Of a stretch of DNA of 51,719 nucleotides, positions 50,045-51,719 are shown one piece after another; the first letter of the stretch is position 1, and each line of letters begins with the position of its first letter. The stretch is from Octopus sinensis (lineage: Eukaryota). The position numbers were made by a program, and so were the translations under genes. Below the pieces are notes generated by a model. That model was not told where the DNA came from. It made no database searches and worked only from the letters and a program-made list of their open reading frames with translations. The DNA lies in contig NW_021834569.1 in the NCBI RefSeq assembly GCF_006345805.1, forward strand, positions 1-51,719. The letters run 5' to 3'.

Positions 50045-51198
50045 AACTCCACTACTGAGTAATCACGATTTAAAGAATATAAACTGTGGAATCAATAAGA
50101 TTTATTATGACAATGAAATTGTTAATCCCGAAAGCGTAGTAAAACAAATGGGATTCGAAATTTCTAAACAAATAATACGAGTGGTTGTTAAAATCAATAA
50201 TGATGAGTTTCTGTATCTTCACTCGTAATTGATGACTCATCGGATGACCTCATTTTGGTTTTTTCACCTCGGCTAGATTTGTAATTTCAAAACTTTTATC
50301 AACATAATTAAAATTTTGCAACAAATTTGTTTCCTCTCTTATCAATTAGGACATATTTGCAATTTGAGTTAGAACAATCTTAAATTCAAAAAATTATTCT
50401 TTTATTTGTTTTTATAAAATTTTGAAGAGATGTGTTTTGTTTGGGTATCAATAATCATTTTCTTTCAATTTTCATTAAAACTTAAAGAAACGGTAAAATA
50501 ACATAAATCGGTAAAATAACATAAAATTTTAAATTTGGCTATATTTATTTGTTTAAACACAAAGACCGCAATAGTAACCGGACAAATAGTCATGCGATCC
50601 CGATAAACGCCACCAGGGAGCTCATCCCCGCTCGGTAAACTTTCCACGAGCCCACAACAGATCGTACTAGACGGCCGATCGATTTTGCCGCGACATTAGC
50701 CGCCAATATGGAGTTCTGCTTGATCAGATCCTCCAAAGGAACCGTTCCGGAGCGTTTGTTATCATAAATCGAACGTTCAGTTTATCTTTACGGCCTTAGT
50801 TGGGTCTCCTCGATTCTCCTTCTGACGTCTCCATGATTCATGTTTTATAAAGAAAGTTATTTTTAAAAACACATCTAGGTTTTTATACTTTTTTACTGTT
50901 TTTATACTATTTGGAAGTTTCAAATAATAATTTTCTTAACATTCTTTTAAAAGTATTTTTTAATTAATTATAAAAATAACTCTTTATGCGAAAAAATCTT
51001 AACAAATTTCTCAATCTGTGATTTTTAATAACAAAAAATAGCATTTGATAAAATTTTAAGTGATTTTTGAATACTTGAAATCAATATTATTGATATTATT
51101 ATATAAAAATTTTCATAAGTAACGGATACGGATGAGTGTTTTCTATGAACATTATATAATAAAATACTATATAAGTAACTTTTGCAGAAATAGAATAA

Positions 51199-51715
51199 AT
51201 GTGCGATTCAAGTTTATTGCCTGTTTTTAATTATAGACCAGTTTCTGTTTCTTTCAGACACAAAACCTCGAAGACGCCCTCGTATTTCAGTAAAAGAATC
51301 TGAAAAAGATGAAGTTTATTACTTTAAAAGATTTAAAAATAATGAAGTATATATATTAATTGATTTTCCTTAGTCTGCTAAAAAATGTCGAGAAAATAAA
51401 CGAAGACTTCAAAAAATCGTAGAAAATCGATTGAATATGCTAAATTTTAAAATATCGCTTTGTCGTGAATATTTTTTATTTATTTATACTTCGGTAAAAA
51501 ACAATTTAGACATTTTTGGTGAAAGCACACTTGCATTTTTTGACGAACCAGTCATGGCCAATTTGTTGTTCAACAAATCCAATGATTTAGATAATTTATA
51601 TTCATCCCAAAAAAGTTTGATCCCAGATTACTCTTTGTGGCCAGAAAATAATTTCTACAGTTATCAAGATGATGTTGATTTTTCAAATTGTGATTCAAAA
51701 TTTTATGAAATTTGA
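51199..51715 (+). CDS. PAR/NFIL3 (E4BP4/vrille)-like bZIP transcription factor
   Basis: After removing the mini-intron that follows KNNE: EKDEVYYFKRFKNNESAKKCRENKRRLQKIVENRL, compared with [25 protein letters not shown]. Confidence 0.72.
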
Positions 51716-51719
51716 AGTT

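Noticed and set aside
113-50647. Many short ORFs in the supplied track (e.g. 113-346, 3058-3426, 6575-6973, 26323-26571, 45819-46112)
   Set aside because: They are antisense shadows or alternative frames of genes and transposons identified above.
1943-51715. Global stop-codon reassignment
   Set aside because: TAA and TGA end genes at the expected homologous positions, and only one internal TGA was seen in a host gene.

Overview
AT-rich eukaryotic, almost certainly animal, nuclear DNA: it encodes an ETS-domain factor and a p120/delta-catenin. Genes are compact and split by ultra-short spliceosomal introns of about 22-33 nt, so the ORF track misses or fragments most real genes. This architecture fits a highly reduced parasitic metazoan such as a dicyemid mesozoan; the taxon is an inference. 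Manual splicing supports about 11 host genes: RPRD1-like, EXOC7, a CREB3-like bZIP, ACY1, GABPA, POLR2D/RPB4, TIA1/TIAL1, a RING-H2 protein, TTC1, a p120-catenin family gene and a PAR/NFIL3-like bZIP, plus one unidentified candidate. Much of the rest, especially 20-47 kb, is a mosaic of decayed transposons: CRE-like, R4/Dong-like, RTE and Jockey/I-like LINEs, hAT (SPIN/Buster), Tc1, Ginger2-like and a Helitron. I found no rRNA, tRNA, CRISPR or prokaryotic system. I cannot demonstrate a wholly new system. The best leads are (1) a precisely bounded Helitron carrying a 21-unit satellite array with higher-order structure, (2) two families of repeated, heavily structured retroelement-associated sequences that are ribozyme or leader candidates, (3) a PHD-finger CRE-like retrotransposon, (4) an in-frame TGA in EXOC7, and (5) several stop-free 3n mini-introns. 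Clusters of homopolymer indels (16.5-19.4 kb, 43.8-44.3 kb) suggest residual long-read error. Protein family calls come from recalled motifs, not database searches. Transposon-remnant coordinates are approximate unless a TIR or TSD is quoted.
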